This document shows positions 63,881 to 64,000 of a stretch of 64,000 nucleotides of DNA, one piece after another. The notes beneath the pieces are model-generated. The model saw only the letters and a program-made list of their open reading frames with translations, was not told the DNA's origin and did no database searches. Location: NCBI GenBank assembly GCA_963707985.1, contig CAVPRW010000020.1:32001-96000 (forward strand), given 5' to 3'. Numbering within the stretch: the first letter of the stretch is position 1; each line of letters opens with the position of its first letter. The stretch is from an uncultured Nitrospinota bacterium. GTDB taxonomy: Bacteria > Tectomicrobia > Entotheonellia > J063 > CAVPRW01. The position numbers and the translations under genes were made by a program.

Positions 63881-64000
63881 TATGGGAGGGTGGTCAGCCG
63901 ACGCCGATAGAGGGCCAGGAGCCTTTCCCAATGGCGCTCGGCCGCCGCCTTGTCATAGCACCAGCGCTGCGGAAAGGCGAAGCCGTGATGCACGCCAGGG

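Overview
This is a 64 kb window from a GC-rich soil-type bacterium. Its gene repertoire (LLM oxidoreductases, family-5 SBP, characteristic IS relics) is reminiscent of Tectomicrobia/Entotheonella-like organisms, but that is inference only. Housekeeping and metabolic blocks lie at 1-17 kb and 35-45 kb (TPP enzyme, GAF kinase, acyl-CoA ligase, Liv-type ABC transporter, 2OG-Fe oxygenase, leuA). They alternate with four accessory regions. (1) 18-23 kb: a decayed serine-recombinase element with a pentapeptide-TIR gene. (2) 23-34.7 kb: a complete integron with intI, an attI-like site and about 10 minus-strand cassettes. Most cassette boundaries are confirmed by matching core and inverse-core sites. 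Two cassettes are IS91-family HUH transposase genes, each ending in an oriIS-like motif directly followed by an attC, and a third cassette is split by a 2.8 kb cargo bracketed by oriIS-like ends. (3) 45-56 kb: a frameshift-rich type I R-M locus. It embeds a Septu-like ATPase+HNH pair and two TA modules between relic copies of the hsdR 5' end, and its HsdR appears fused to a LexA/S24-type autopeptidase domain. (4) 57-62 kb: an EACC1 plus caspase-like protease module. The many 1-bp indels at 45-56 kb probably include sequencing or consensus errors, so pseudogene status there is uncertain.
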